Position numbers and translations under genes: made by a program. A stretch of 64,000 bases of DNA, taken from the NCBI GenBank assembly GCA_963718235.1, contig CAVQYR010000001.1:1952001-2016000 (forward strand), read 5' to 3'. The notes under the pieces were generated by a model. It was not told the origin of the DNA and made no database searches. It saw only the letters and a list, made by a program, of their open reading frames with translations. The stretch is from an uncultured Actinomycetota bacterium. Lineage in GTDB: Bacteria; Actinomycetota; Actinomycetes; JAHEKZ01. This document shows, one piece after another, positions 63,744 to 64,000 of this stretch; the first letter of the stretch is position 1; the number at the start of each line of letters is the position of its first letter.

Positions 63744-64000
63744 GCGCGCCTGGACGCTCCGGGCGCCTCGCGCACGAGGTCACCCTCGATGCCGTGCGGT
63801 CCGGTGATGTCACCATCGACGACGTACGCATCCACCCAGACACCCTCGAGCACCAGGCGCAGGTCGCCGAAAGCCACGGAAACCCTCAGCTCGCGGCCAA
63901 CTTCCGCCGCGCTGCAGAGCTCACCGCGATTCCCGACGCCGACGTGCTGCGCATCTATGAGGCCCTGCGGCCCCACCGCAGCACTCCCGACGACTTCGAA
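63740..64000 (+). CDS. Diol dehydratase small (gamma) subunit, 3' end outside window
   Basis: Manual translation MSAPGRSGRLAHEVTLDAV..DVRIHPDTLEHQAQVAE..QLAANFRRAAELT..YEALRPHRS; ATGA overlap. Confidence 0.9.
   Translation, partial: MSAPGRSGRLAHEVTLDAVRSGDVTIDDVRIHPDTLEHQAQVAESHGNPQLAANFRRAAELTAIPDADVLRIYEALRPHRSTPDDFE

Overview
High-GC actinobacterial chromosome segment. 1-31.8 kb is the conserved core region: mltG(partial)-ruvX-alaS-rarA-aspS-hisS-MBL hydrolase, a cyclophilin and DUF349, relA-apt-secF-secD-yajC-ruvBAC-yebC-pdxTS, DUF3048, the phosphatidylinositol/PIM cluster (pgsA-patA-pimA), EF-G2, a HIT protein and thrS. 31.8-45.3 kb holds a PQQ-type sugar dehydrogenase lipoprotein, a TTC38-like protein, a 534-aa unknown, tRNA-Val(CAC), and histidine-utilisation genes (hutI, hutU, hutH) interleaved with an FMN alpha-hydroxy-acid oxidase and pabB/pabC-like genes. 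It ends in a tRNA-Gly/Cys/Val cluster. 45.4-64 kb is accessory: a 1532-aa secreted beta-propeller/NHL protein, then an aminoacetone-utilisation (AAU/RMM-type) microcompartment operon with a GntR regulator. A divergent operon encodes an APC permease (many frameshifts), an acetamidase/formamidase, a GlcG-type heme-binding protein and a B12-dependent diol-dehydratase homologue (alpha+beta fused; gamma runs off the window). The best lead is that dehydratase: it keeps the catalytic residues but, by manual alignment to the Klebsiella enzyme as I recall it, has Asp and Ala at the Ser301 and Gln336 substrate-pocket positions. This suggests an amino-alcohol or amino-diol substrate feeding the microcompartment. 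Single-base frameshifts in hisS, the class-III aminotransferase and the permease are probably long-read errors. All calls come from motif recognition by eye; no searches were run.
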